Of a DNA stretch of 47,525 bases, positions 34,931-45,104 are shown in pieces (position 1 is the stretch's first letter; every line of letters starts with the position of its first letter). Origin of the DNA: Mitosporidium daphniae (Eukaryota); assembly GCF_000760515.2 (NCBI RefSeq), contig NW_013546556.1, positions 1-47,525 on the forward strand. The letters run 5' to 3'. The notes under the pieces are model-generated. The model did not search any database, was not told where the DNA came from, and worked only from the letters and a program-made list of their open reading frames with translations. The translations under genes and the position numbers were made by a program.

Positions 34931-35809
34931 ATGACGCCCTGCAGCGGTGCCTCCTTGTCAGCCAATTTTGATGATTGTGGGGGCAAATATTGCTCCTTCG
35001 ATTCAGACTGCAATGTAAAGAACTTTTGCTGTCCAAAAACACGGAAATGTATTCAAATTGGGATGTATTCCCCATGTGAAATTGATAGCCAATGTCCAGA
35101 GAATACAAGATGTCACCCTGTTCTATCTAGATGCTATCCAAGCAAATCCAATTTATGCTCAAAACACGAGAAAACGATCGAGTGGGATCTTGTTGACGGT
35201 CGAAGCTGTAGGACAGATGCCCACTGCCATAGAGACTCCTATTGCAGAGACGGAGAGTGTGCTCCATTGCCCATTCTTTTTGAAAGCTGCCGTGATAGTG
35301 GCGGAAAATGCAAGCGGCCCTTTATCTGCAGCACCAAGGACAAAACTTGCCGAATGCCCTGCTGGAACAATTTTGATTGTCAGCAAAATTATAAATGGTG
35401 GAAAGAGGCGAAGGGTTGTGAAAAAGGAGGGAAACTTCTGGCCTCGCACGCGCGGTTAGATTCTCTTGGGTCAAAATATCGCCCCCTAGTGCCGATGGCG
35501 GAAGGTGGACAAGGGTTTTATTGTACCGAGGAGGGAGAACCCCAAGACCTCATAATAGATCCATCCGAGTCTATGGGGTATGACTGGTGTAATCTTGAAG
35601 GAAATTATTGTGATGCTGTTCCAGGATCAACCAGCTTTACTCTCATCTCATTCGCATTGATACCACTAGCCTTGGTACTTGGCATATATATCTTTTGCAG
35701 GCTGATTTGGATCAGATCCAACAACAATGATCACTCCACACCAGAAGATGCCAACTATCCCGAAGACGATCAAACGGTAGATTATGAGGAAAAGGAGCCA
35801 AGCAAATAA
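34931..35809 (+). CDS. Cysteine-rich single-pass membrane protein with CxxDxxC repeats; start codon uncertain
   Basis: CSFDSDC, CEIDSQC, CRTDAHC and CWNNFDC modules; TM segment FTLISFALIPLALVLGIYIF; acidic tail. Confidence 0.75.
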   Translation: MTPCSGASLSANFDDCGGKYCSFDSDCNVKNFCCPKTRKCIQIGMYSPCEIDSQCPENTRCHPVLSRCYPSKSNLCSKHEKTIEWDLVDGRSCRTDAHCHRDSYCRDGECAPLPILFESCRDSGGKCKRPFICSTKDKTCRMPCWNNFDCQQNYKWWKEAKGCEKGGKLLASHARLDSLGSKYRPLVPMAEGGQGFYCTEEGEPQDLIIDPSESMGYDWCNLEGNYCDAVPGSTSFTLISFALIPLALVLGIYIFCRLIWIRSNNNDHSTPEDANYPEDDQTVDYEEKEPSK

Positions 35810-35842
35810 AGCAAATGATGTGACAGGAGATTCCCGGCATGC

Positions 35843-37227
35843 TCACATGCGGCCTACAAATTCAATTGATTTCGTCAATAAATCATGGAAAAAGTCTTTT
35901 TCCTTGTGCGACAGCCCAAGTAGAAACCTCTCAGCCCTCAAAAGCTCGTTGACATTTTCTAGAGATAATTATTGAAGGTGTCCAAACCGAATTGAATCTC
36001 GGACGTGAAAAACCACGGATGACGAAGTAATAGAAAAGCAGACTGGCGATCTTTGGGATTTTTCGCCAGAAGAATGGAGAGAAAATCAACCGTAAGCGGG
36101 CTAAATTGGGGCAAAACCTCCCAGCTCAAAGAATTTGCTATGGAGTGGTATAGGGAAAAAACATGATCTCCGTTGTAGGGGAATCTTCCCGACAATAAAT
36201 AGTATCTAAAGTAAGCGATTGAACATACAGCGTTACACCAGCCGCCCAAATGTCCGCCTTTTCCCTGGACGATTTTGGAAGGGTTTCTTTTAGTGGCGAG
36301 CTAAGCAAAAAAGAAATGGCTTCAGGTGCTTGAAACGCAGGAGATCCTGTTGGAGAAGGATCGACCCAGAAGCCGAGCTTGTCAAAAATGGACAAGACCT
36401 ATAATTAAACATGACCACTACATGGGACACGCCAAAGTCTGCGATAATTAATTCTCCATTTAGCCCCAAAAGAAGGTTTGATGGTTTTATGTCTACAATA
36501 AGTGCATTCAAATACCATGGTGGATTATCCCCTTGTTGTGCATATCAGAAAGTCCTTGAAGAAGCTGCTTAAACCATCTGTAATAAATCCAAAATAGCCA
36601 AACCTTTTGCAAATGGACAGGGGAAGCCCTATATCGAGGTCTTCACAATACACAGAATTAGGTTTCTGTTGGTAAAAAATCGAGCCATTGTAATACCGTA
36701 GGATCGGTGGATAAAAATTGGGTTAGCTTGAAAAAGATGCTGTCAATGCTGTCTATGCAAACGTCCATCACAATAAATATGTACTCCTCAATTTGGGGCG
36801 AAGAATCTTTGAAAAATTCTGAGCTGCCGCAAGTGTAGTTTTGTCGAAACGATTCAACAATAACATCTCTGATCTTGATGACATGTTCAGACGTCTTAAG
36901 GATGGATATCACTTTTGTTTCATGGAAAATAGACTGTAACTTGAGAAGGTAATCATTATTGTATGATTTTCTTGGCAGAACTGGAGCGCTCAACTGTATA
37001 AATGGATAGCAATCAGAACATTTAGATTGTGTTGAGTTTGACGTGTCAACGGAATATTTGTGTGTTATGATTTTGATTGCTACACGATCGCACTTTTCCA
37101 AATCAAATCCCTCGAAAACAGTTCCCTGAGCCCCTAAAATTGGATCCGTATTTGTGCAAGTACCTGAACCGAGAATCCTATCGCCAATCACATACTGCCT
37201 ATGTAGTTTTGCTCCAATCAATCTCAT
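35843..37227 (-). CDS. Ser/Thr kinase, STK11/LKB1-like; about 7 short introns
   Basis: LGSGAQGTV-type G-loop, VAIK, HHDIKPSNLLL (non-RD), IADFGVS, GSPAFQAPE, KADIWAAGVTLY, G.FPY.GD.V..LY..I. Confidence 0.72.
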
Positions 37228-37262
37228 CAAAATTGAATGTCAATTAATTTTTAATTTTTATT

Positions 37263-38304
37263 ATGAGCTCTGGACAAGCCAATCTGATTTTTCCTGCCTA
37301 TTCTCTGAAGTATTCACTTTCTGGACACTCCCAGTCCATTTCTTCTGTAAAGTTTTCTCCGGACGGAAATTACCTAGGCACCGCGTCCTTGGACAAAACG
37401 GTCAAAATATGGAGGGTCTCTGATGGTCGATTGGAGAAGACCCTTGAGGGCCATTCTGGCGGTATTTCGGACATTGCTTGGTCTAACGATTCAAAGCTGA
37501 TTTGTTCGGCATCGGACGATACCACGTTGATTCTATGGAATGTTGAAAAGGGGAAGAAGCAAAAAACCCTTGCCCAGCACATGCATTATGTATTCTGCTG
37601 CTCTATGTCAGTCGATGTGTCCTCAGATTTCATCGCATCTGGTTCGTACGACCATTCTGTTGTGATATGGAACACAAAGTCTGGTAAAGGTGTCCGAACT
37701 TTGCTAGGACATACAAGCCCGGTGTCTTGCGTGCATTTCCATCGAGATGGATCTCTTTTAGCTACGTCTGGATTTGACGGGGCTATTCACTTATGGCTTT
37801 TTAAGACAGGCGAGCTGGTTCTTACGCTTCCATCTCCTCCTCCTCTAAATCCGCCCTCAGAACAGACGGTTTTGGCAGATGCTGAACCTGACTCTGAGAT
37901 TTCCAATAAGCCCATTGTATCTCACATTAAATTCTCCCCAAACGGAAAATATCTTCTAGCAAGTACCCTTGATTCAACACTGAGGCTATGGAACCCATCT
38001 TCTGGCACATGCCTTAAGACATATCGGGGTCATAAGAATGACACCTATTGCTGCTTTGCTGCTTTTTCCGTGACATCTGGCAAATGGATTGTCTCTGGCA
38101 GTGAGGACGGCTTCATTTATCTGTGGGATCTACAGGGTCATGTAGGTGTTGTTCAAAAAATTAAAGCGCATCAAGGTATTTGCTGTTGTAAAATTTTACC
38201 TAGATGTTTCACTTGCCGTTTCTTGCCATCCAGAGCGAAACTTGATCGCAAGCGGTGCTTTAGAGAAGGATTTGACGGTAAAAATCTGGGAATCTCCCTC
38301 TTAA
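37263..38304 (+). CDS. WDR5: WD-repeat protein 5 (COMPASS Swd3); one 3' intron
   Basis: SVKFSPDG, GH..GISDIAWS.DS..ICSASDD, KFSPNGKY.L.STLD, KTY.GHKN..YC..A.FSVT.GKWIVSGSED. Confidence 0.93.
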
Positions 38305-38537
38305 TGGTGTCCATTTCCGAGTCTTCCCTTTTTGTATAATAATTTCACAGCCCCCATCGCCCCCCCCCATTCAGGCAATAAATTTTATCACCCTCTGCTT
38401 TATGTGCGGATATTTAATTGGCAGCAAAATTTTTCTGATATTTTGAATTTGAGGTTTCAAATATTTTCATTTGAAATGTTACCAGCAAGAACTGTTTGTG
38501 CAATTAAATTTTACCATTCGTTTTCTTCTTTCAATTC

Positions 38538-39179
38538 ATGTTTAAGAGGTTCCGGTTTTCGCTAACAATGATAGATTTTCAGGTCAAGACGAAATTCACG
38601 GGCAAACAAACATCCGCTCATCCGCTCAAAAGGCAATAAAGAACAGCCTAATTGAGAGGTATGGATCTGACCCCGATGTCAAAGCCATGCTTGAGGATAC
38701 ATTTTCCGCCAAAAAGACCCCCTTTACGCTCCTTAAATGGTACTACTGACTAGGCATCTTATTTTTAGCCAAGAGAAGATTAATTTTCTCCAATCAAATG
38801 GTCAGATTTTGTTTTTTTCGCAGTTCGACGAGGTCAACTATTTTCCAACGCTAAAATTTGTGCATTTATGTATGCATCCATTCCAAGCTTAATCCATATG
38901 TTAGGTCCAAAAATCTTGCCTCGTATTTGTGTTGATAGGGGAACGATGCCTCATCTTTTGTCAGGGGCTGATCTTATGATCCCTGGAATCGTAAATAAGG
39001 ACTCCCTGTCTCCGTTGGAGGAGGGCGATTATGTTTCGCTTTACCTTGTCGGAAAGGAATCCTCTTTTTGCATTGCCAGGGCCGCAATGTCTAGCAAGCA
39101 AATTGCAGAAAATAGCAAAGGGAGGGCATTTATAACCCTTCATTATTTGGGGGATTCGCTGTGGAACTTCCAAAATTAG
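38538..39179 (+). CDS. MCTS1: Translation machinery-associated protein MCTS1/Tma20; three introns
   Basis: Spliced MFKRF...SS.QKAIK, FPTLK.VH, VDRG....LSGADLMIPG, KG......HYLGD.LW. Confidence 0.9.
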
Positions 39180-39215
39180 CCCTTTCGTGTAATAAATTTT
39201 ATTTTTTGTCACCTC

Positions 39216-40407
39216 ATGAACCGTTTCCCCAGTGTTCCGTTTGGAGCCTTTTGGCTCTGGTTACGGCGGCTTGGAAATTCAATATATTCGGCGCTTATTC
39301 TTCGGCTGTATTGGCAATTCAGGCCTTCCCCGATTAAGCGGGATGGAATTTTGGGCTTGATTGGAAACACGCCGATGATTGAATTGATTTCGCTCTCAAA
39401 CATTACGGGCTGCCGCATTTTGGCAAAGTTGGAGTACATGAACCCGAGTGGATCGCCAAAGGACAGAATTGTGATGCACTTTTTCAATAATCTTGTTAAG
39501 GATAGGATCCTTTCTCCGCCTGGATCTTCTCCTGAAGCCATGAATAGAAATACAAGCGTAGAAATAGTTGAGGGATCGACAGGGTCCACAGGCATCTCTT
39601 TGGCGTGCATTTCTCGGAAATTTAACTCGAAATGCACCATTTTCATGCCGTCAGATCAATCCCCAGAAAAGCAAAAGTGGATGCGGCTTTTTGGAGCCAG
39701 AGTCGTGGTAACGCCTCCTGCTTCTTTTATCGATCCCGAGCACTATTCAAAGCAAGCAGAAAGCTATGCGAAACTTCCGTCGCAGACAACCCGAATTTTC
39801 TTTGACCAGTTTGAAAATTTAAACAACAACGTCACTGCTAACTATGAATCAACAGCACCCGAGATCTGGTCCCAGGCGGCCGGTAATATATCGGCAATTG
39901 TGTTTTCTGCCGGGGGTTCCGGAACCGTGGTCGGTGTTTCCAAGTACTTAAAGGAGCAAAGGCCAGATATAAAGGTCTTTTTGGCCGGTCCCCAACATTC
40001 TGGGGTACATTCGTGCGTCAACACTGGCGTCTCTTTCCCTTCAGAGGGGCAGGAAGGAGCCCGAAGTAAACATCAAGTAGGCTCCGCTGTGCAGGATGTG
40101 GAGATTAACAGGCTGGGCTCAATTGTTGCAGAAATCCCGCGTCTTGTTGACGATTATATAAAGATCAACGACTCCGAAGTGATTGAAATGGCAACCTTTT
40201 TGCTGTATAACGAATGTATCTATCAATTGAAGCCCTAACGTGTTAGGTTTGTTTGTCGGGTCATCTTCAGCACTCAATCTAGCTGCTGTTGTCAAAGCAG
40301 CACGAAAGCTACCAAAGGGGTCCGTCATTGTCACCATCTTGTCAGACTCTGGCTATGGTCGTTGGTCACCCCCTTCAAATGATGAATCGAAATTCCAGCC
40401 AAAATAG
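39216..40407 (+). CDS. Cysteine synthase-like PLP enzyme (mitochondrial Mcy1/Cys12-type); one intron
   Basis: LIGNTP, AKLEYMNPSGSPKDR (PLP lysine intact), EGSTGSTGISLA, DQFEN, LFVGSSSA.N, VTILSDSG. The 3' end is slightly uncertain. Confidence 0.85.
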
Positions 40408-40640
40408 TTGGACCGTCTGGAATTTTTCGCAAAGCTAGTGCTCTTTATTGAGAACAGATGTGAATTTGTAAATTCAACATCCATCCCCCATGAAGCGATA
40501 ACTTGTGCATCGTTATAAAGTTTTTTATTGGATGAATTTTTCACTAAAAAGTGGGTTTCCAAATGTTTTAATTTTGGCCCAATCGAATTTTGACGAACTG
40601 AGCATACTTAACGTCGGCCTCGCCGCCGGCTTCTTGCCAG

Positions 40641-42548
40641 ATGCAGGATCCTGATGCTCAAAAAAAGCCTCCCAATTTGTATTCAAAGAAGGAGGTTCGT
40701 CTTATAGTTAGAAATGCTCTTCTAAGCTCTACTGTACTGCTATTTATTGTATTCTCCACACTGATTTTATACTTTAATTTTGTATCGATCGCCCCTTATA
40801 TAAGCAGCATCATATGGGGGGTTATACTCTCAATTCCATTGCACTATTTGAAAAGGAATCTCCTTAATGTGCTGCTTAACTCAACTGACCCAAATGCAAT
40901 ATCCTCCGGAACGCTCAGAGCTTTGGTTTGGTCAATTTTCAAAGAGGGCTTTAAACTTATGTGCGAGCCTCTTCTTCAAACGTATCACAAATACGTCCCA
41001 ACTTCTATACAGGGCTCAATAGATAAAAGAGTTGCCTTAGCCTCGGCCGCCGGAAAGGTCTCCGGTCACAGTGCCAAAGTTAGAGTCAGCGCGCTATATA
41101 GCCATCTTTCGACGTTGCCGTCATCCTTTTATTTCGGAGTTTTATTTTCCGGCTCAGCATGGTGCATCATTATCAAGCTCATTTTGCACATTCCGGTTCT
41201 TTTGTGGATTCCCATTTTTGTGATTCTTATCCTTTTTTTTTCCTTGAAGGCTTTTAGGCAAGCGTTTGGTACCTTTTGGAGGGCTTTTAAGACAAAAATT
41301 TTTGGGCTGAAAAGCCCTAAATTGGCTCCACAATTAACGGCAAGCGATAAAGAAGACGCTGAACAGCGCCTGCATTCTCGCCTGGCTTCTTTTTTGATTT
41401 TTGGAAGCACCTTTCTTTTTTACACGTTAATTATTCTCACGGTAGTCCAAACCGTTTTTCATGTCCGCTACATCGTCACGCATGGAGTGTCATCTTTGAT
41501 GTCTGGAGAACAGTTTCCTGGGGTAAAAAATTTTACCACCGAATATTCCGAAACTGCTGCTTCTTGGTTCGATGCTCAAGTTAACGAACGATTTCCTACA
41601 GCCAATTTCTCTGCATCTAAAATTCTCAAGTTGGCAAATGAAATGAATGAGGACAGCGTCGACCCATTTACCCTTTTTTGCCAACAAGCCGTTGTAACTT
41701 TAAAGAACTACAACTTATTGGTCACATCTGCATTTGTGGAGACATCATTTTTGGGCTTAAACTCGTCTTTTTCTTATGGGGAAATATTCCATGAATGGAA
41801 GTCTGTTTTCCAACTGGCTTGGGATAACTTTTGTGCAAATCCCAACGCGGAAAAAATAAAGGCCACGTTGGCCAACGTGTTTTCCTCTTTTTCATCTGCA
41901 GGGAGCAGGGTTTTTTCGGTTTTGCTGAGCGGTGCAGGTTTTATTTCCCATTGTGCCGTTATTGCTTCTGTTGCACATACTTTTGTTGCCAGAAAGTCTT
42001 CGGTGCTTGAAGACTTTAGTGAAGTCTTGGAGGCAAGCATCGATTCAAATGGAATCTTCCAAAAATCCATTGAGGCCTCCTTGAATGCCATTTTTGCAAA
42101 GATGGTGAAAACTTTCGTATGGCATTCGATGTTTACGTGGTTATCCTTTGAGGTTCTTGGGGTTCCATTTTCGTTGCTTGCAGGACTCATGTCGGGGATT
42201 ATTTCGATCCTTCCAATTGCTTCGTCCTTCTCTATGATTGTCGTTCCATTTGGTATTTTCTTCTTGGGAGTGGCTGAAAGATCCATTATTAGAACCGTGA
42301 TGCTAATAGGCGTTCACTATTTCTACTCGGATTGCATACATCCTCTAATATATCAAGATGTTTTGATTGCTTCTGGCCCTTCCGCCCAGGTATTACCGTC
42401 TGAAAAAATAACGGGAACATCGATTGCACTCGGTGTCATAGCATTCGGAGCTAAGGGTATTGTTTTTGGTCCTCTGTTGGCATGTGCGCCTGGCATCATT
42501 CTAGCAATGTATCGATCCATGCTAATGCTTGAGAAAGAAAAAAGCTAA
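40641..42548 (+). CDS. TMEM245 / AI-2E family multi-pass membrane protein; intronless
   Basis: IIWGVILSIPLH..K, F..MVK...WH..FTWL, IY.DV, ITG.SIALGV.AFG..G..FGPLL.C. Confidence 0.75.
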   Translation: MQDPDAQKKPPNLYSKKEVRLIVRNALLSSTVLLFIVFSTLILYFNFVSIAPYISSIIWGVILSIPLHYLKRNLLNVLLNSTDPNAISSGTLRALVWSIFKEGFKLMCEPLLQTYHKYVPTSIQGSIDKRVALASAAGKVSGHSAKVRVSALYSHLSTLPSSFYFGVLFSGSAWCIIIKLILHIPVLLWIPIFVILILFFSLKAFRQAFGTFWRAFKTKIFGLKSPKLAPQLTASDKEDAEQRLHSRLASFLIFGSTFLFYTLIILTVVQTVFHVRYIVTHGVSSLMSGEQFPGVKNFTTEYSETAASWFDAQVNERFPTANFSASKILKLANEMNEDSVDPFTLFCQQAVVTLKNYNLLVTSAFVETSFLGLNSSFSYGEIFHEWKSVFQLAWDNFCANPNAEKIKATLANVFSSFSSAGSRVFSVLLSGAGFISHCAVIASVAHTFVARKSSVLEDFSEVLEASIDSNGIFQKSIEASLNAIFAKMVKTFVWHSMFTWLSFEVLGVPFSLLAGLMSGIISILPIASSFSMIVVPFGIFFLGVAERSIIRTVMLIGVHYFYSDCIHPLIYQDVLIASGPSAQVLPSEKITGTSIALGVIAFGAKGIVFGPLLACAPGIILAMYRSMLMLEKEKS

Positions 42549-42595
42549 CCATTAAATAAACGAGTGAAAACGAGTAGCCGAATAGTCAAAAGCGA

Positions 42596-43171
42596 TCATT
42601 TATTGGCAAAAAACGTCGCCAACCAAGAAGCTTCTGAAGCCATTTCCTCAGCTGACCTTGGAATGGCGCGGTTATTTTCAACATCACAAAGTTCCTTTTG
42701 AGAGGAAACGAATGTAAGCTCCCGATTTGGGGAAAGGCTGGTGTCCAGCTTGCCAAGGCTGCTCGTGTAGACATTGGGTTTGGCTTTTCCCTCAATGATG
42801 TTGTAAATTAAGTCGTTGGGTTGAAAGTCGTTTGGATATCTCGGGATTATATGCATATGAACATGTGGCACAGTTTGGCCAGCAAATTCGCCATCTTGTA
42901 CGGAAAACGTCAAAGACAAGGCATTGTATTTCTGCTCAAGCACTTTGCCTATCAGTCTTGATGAGCAAAAAAGATCCGCCGCCTCTTCGTTTGTCAAATC
43001 AGCTACTCGCTTTACAATCCGTCGACTGATGACAAGGACATCTTAATTAATATATGGTATTGCACTTACGACCAGGGACTATTGGTTTAATATTTACTAG
43101 CCCAAGTACAAAATGGCTTTTAAAAAAACATGGGAAGGATCGATTGAATGTGGTCCAAATTGGGCTAGCAT
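42596..43171 (-). CDS. FHIT: Bis(5'-adenosyl)-triphosphatase (Fhit/Hnt2); one intron
   Basis: FG...I....VF, LVNIKPIVPGHVLV, QDG..AGQTVPHVHMHIIPR..NDF..ND.IY, RS.EEMA.EA..L. Confidence 0.93.
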
Positions 43172-43330
43172 AATCTGAATAGGCGAATTTAAAATTGTAT
43201 TATAACGGCATCATCTTTTTCAAAGCATATACATGCATACCCACACATACAGATGGGGTCTAACCTTAATCCGTAAATGTTAACCGCGTAAGCGATTAAA
43301 CTTGGCGCTTTCATAGCCCGCCTGGTAAGT

Positions 43331-43408
43331 GATACGCTTTTAACCAGATACGCTTTTAACTAGGTATGCTTTTAACCAGGTACGTTTTAGCAAGGTACGT
43401 TTTAACAA
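43331..43408 (+). repeat. Degenerate 15-16-nt tandem repeat, 5 copies, in the FHIT/EF-P divergent intergenic region
   Basis: gatacgcttttaacca / gatacgcttttaacta / ggtatgcttttaacca / ggtacgttttagcaa / ggtacgttttaacaa. Confidence 0.92.
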
Positions 43409-43573
43409 AGTTAATTACGACCAGTAAGAAAAGACACCTATCTAGAACGTCCAATCACAGCACACGACAGAATAATTTTGAAATGTCGCCGTTAGGCATT
43501 AAAGGGCCTTGTTAATTAAATTTAAATTAAACGTTCTTTGTCTCTTTGCATTGAATTCTTGTGCACGTTTGAT

Positions 43574-44284
43574 ATGATGCTCCCTTCGGTTGTATTTAGA
43601 CGGAATTCCATTTTTAATGGGCCCATAAAGGTATCGCGAATTATTGACATTAGCGATATCTGAGAATATCAATTTCAGATTTAAGAAAAAACGATTGGAT
43701 TCTTCATGAAGATAGAGTTTCGGTTGTCAGCCAAGTCTCCTCATCTTGCTCCGGTAGAGGAGCTCGATCCTTTTCGTTGACACTCAAATGTCCAGCCACC
43801 GGGAATATATCAAACCTAAAGCCCTCTCCTAACTCAATGTTTGACAGTATCCCAATCTCATTTTAACGATAGAAATGGACCTCCAGGACCATACATATTT
43901 ATACATGTATTCAGAGGGAGAAAGGTTGATATGCTCGCATCCGGAGACTTTTGAAAGCATCGAAATCAGCGACTCTTTGGTTGATAAAAAGGCCATTCCC
44001 TTCTTGGAGGGTAAGAAACGTTGAAACTGGACCTTTAGGCGGATTTCCCATTCGTGTCAAAATCAACGAGGAAACTGGCACCCCGGTTTTCGTGACGTTG
44101 AAAAGTCTTGTATGTACAGTTTCGGGTCTTGAGGAAGTATCGCAAGGGTAAAATGCGCGTACCGCTTAACTTTAGCTTGATTGCGACGCTTGCCTCCGGG
44201 GAAAAAATACTCTGCCCTCCCGGCACTAAAGTTGGAAGCAAATTGCTTGTTGATCCTGCCTCAAGGCAATGTTTGACTGGCTAG
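43574..44284 (+). CDS. efp: Bacterial-type elongation factor P with predicted mitochondrial presequence, 201 aa; introns 43631-43653, 43847-43872, 44011-44038, 44148-44175; only fragments appear in the ORF track
   Basis: Spliced ISISDLRKNDWILHED..SVVS....SGRGA.SF.LTLKC..TG (KOW domain I), YLYMYSEGERL...PETFESIEI (OB domain II), ATLASGEKILCPP..KVGSKLLVDP.SR (domain III). All four introns are GT-AG and preserve the frame. Confidence 0.82.
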
Positions 44285-44368
44285 CAAAATAAACCATTAG
44301 CGCCTTGCCAAGATAAATGGCCAAGGACGCGGCAAATGGATAGCTCGCAACTAAAGGAATGATAGCTT

Positions 44369-45081
44369 CTATTTTATTTTAAATAAATTTGGGATTTCTT
44401 GCTGTACGCATTTTAGCTCGTCACTCAAAGCAAGGCTCGAATTGGTACAGAGGTCAAATGCGGATATTCTGACAGATACATTATATTCATCAACGCGCTC
44501 CAAAATAAAAAGACAAGCCTCGAATATTCTACCATGGAAATCTGGTATGGAATACCAAGAAACATGAAAGGCCAAGTCAAATAGCGAATCCCACTCGCAC
44601 ATCATTTTTGCCTTTTCCCAAATAAGGCCATTCAAAATTCTACTTGTAACTAGCCTTATACTTACAAATATTGTACCAGGGGATTATTTGCCAACAACGT
44701 TGCCAGCTCTTTGATTAAATTAAGACAGAGACATTTGGTTATTGGATCATTAGAAGAATAAATAGGAAGAATCTTTTTCAACACATCATCGGTGATATCT
44801 GCAAAAACTTGAACGGGATACTTTTTCTTTTCCATCAAAGTCATTATTGAGGAAATACAGTCAACAATATGCGATCGCAATTGATTGTTGCCATCCTTGA
44901 AGAAATCAATCAGCCTGAGCAGGCAGGACGTGGCAAAAATAGTAGAGTCATATGAGGGCGAGGCTACCAAAACGTTGATGAATGTATTTGGCCAAAGCAC
45001 GAGCGCCACACGTTGCTTGACCGAGTTAATGGAGCGCAGTTGGGAATCTAATTGCGAAAGGAGCCGAAGGCCATTTAGCAT
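44369..45081 (-). CDS. INTS7: Integrator complex subunit 7 homologue, N-terminal region only (about 228 aa); intron 44640-44665
   Basis: LSQLDSQLRS....QR.AL...P, LLRLIDFFKDGNNQLR, DDVLKKI..I.SSNDPITK...L..I..LA match my recollection of the INTS7 N-terminus (LDKGLRS...LKLADVFRVGNNFLR...SNDPVAR). Confidence 0.8.
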
Positions 45082-45104
45082 TTAAATTAAATTTTTTAAT
45101 AAAA

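Noticed and set aside
43331..43408. CRISPR-like array
   Set aside because: Units are contiguous with no spacers, too short, and there are no cas genes; the context is eukaryotic.
21344..44284. TLP and EF-P as bacterial contamination
   Set aside because: Both carry host-type tiny introns and presequence-like N-termini, and both are flanked by eukaryotic genes.
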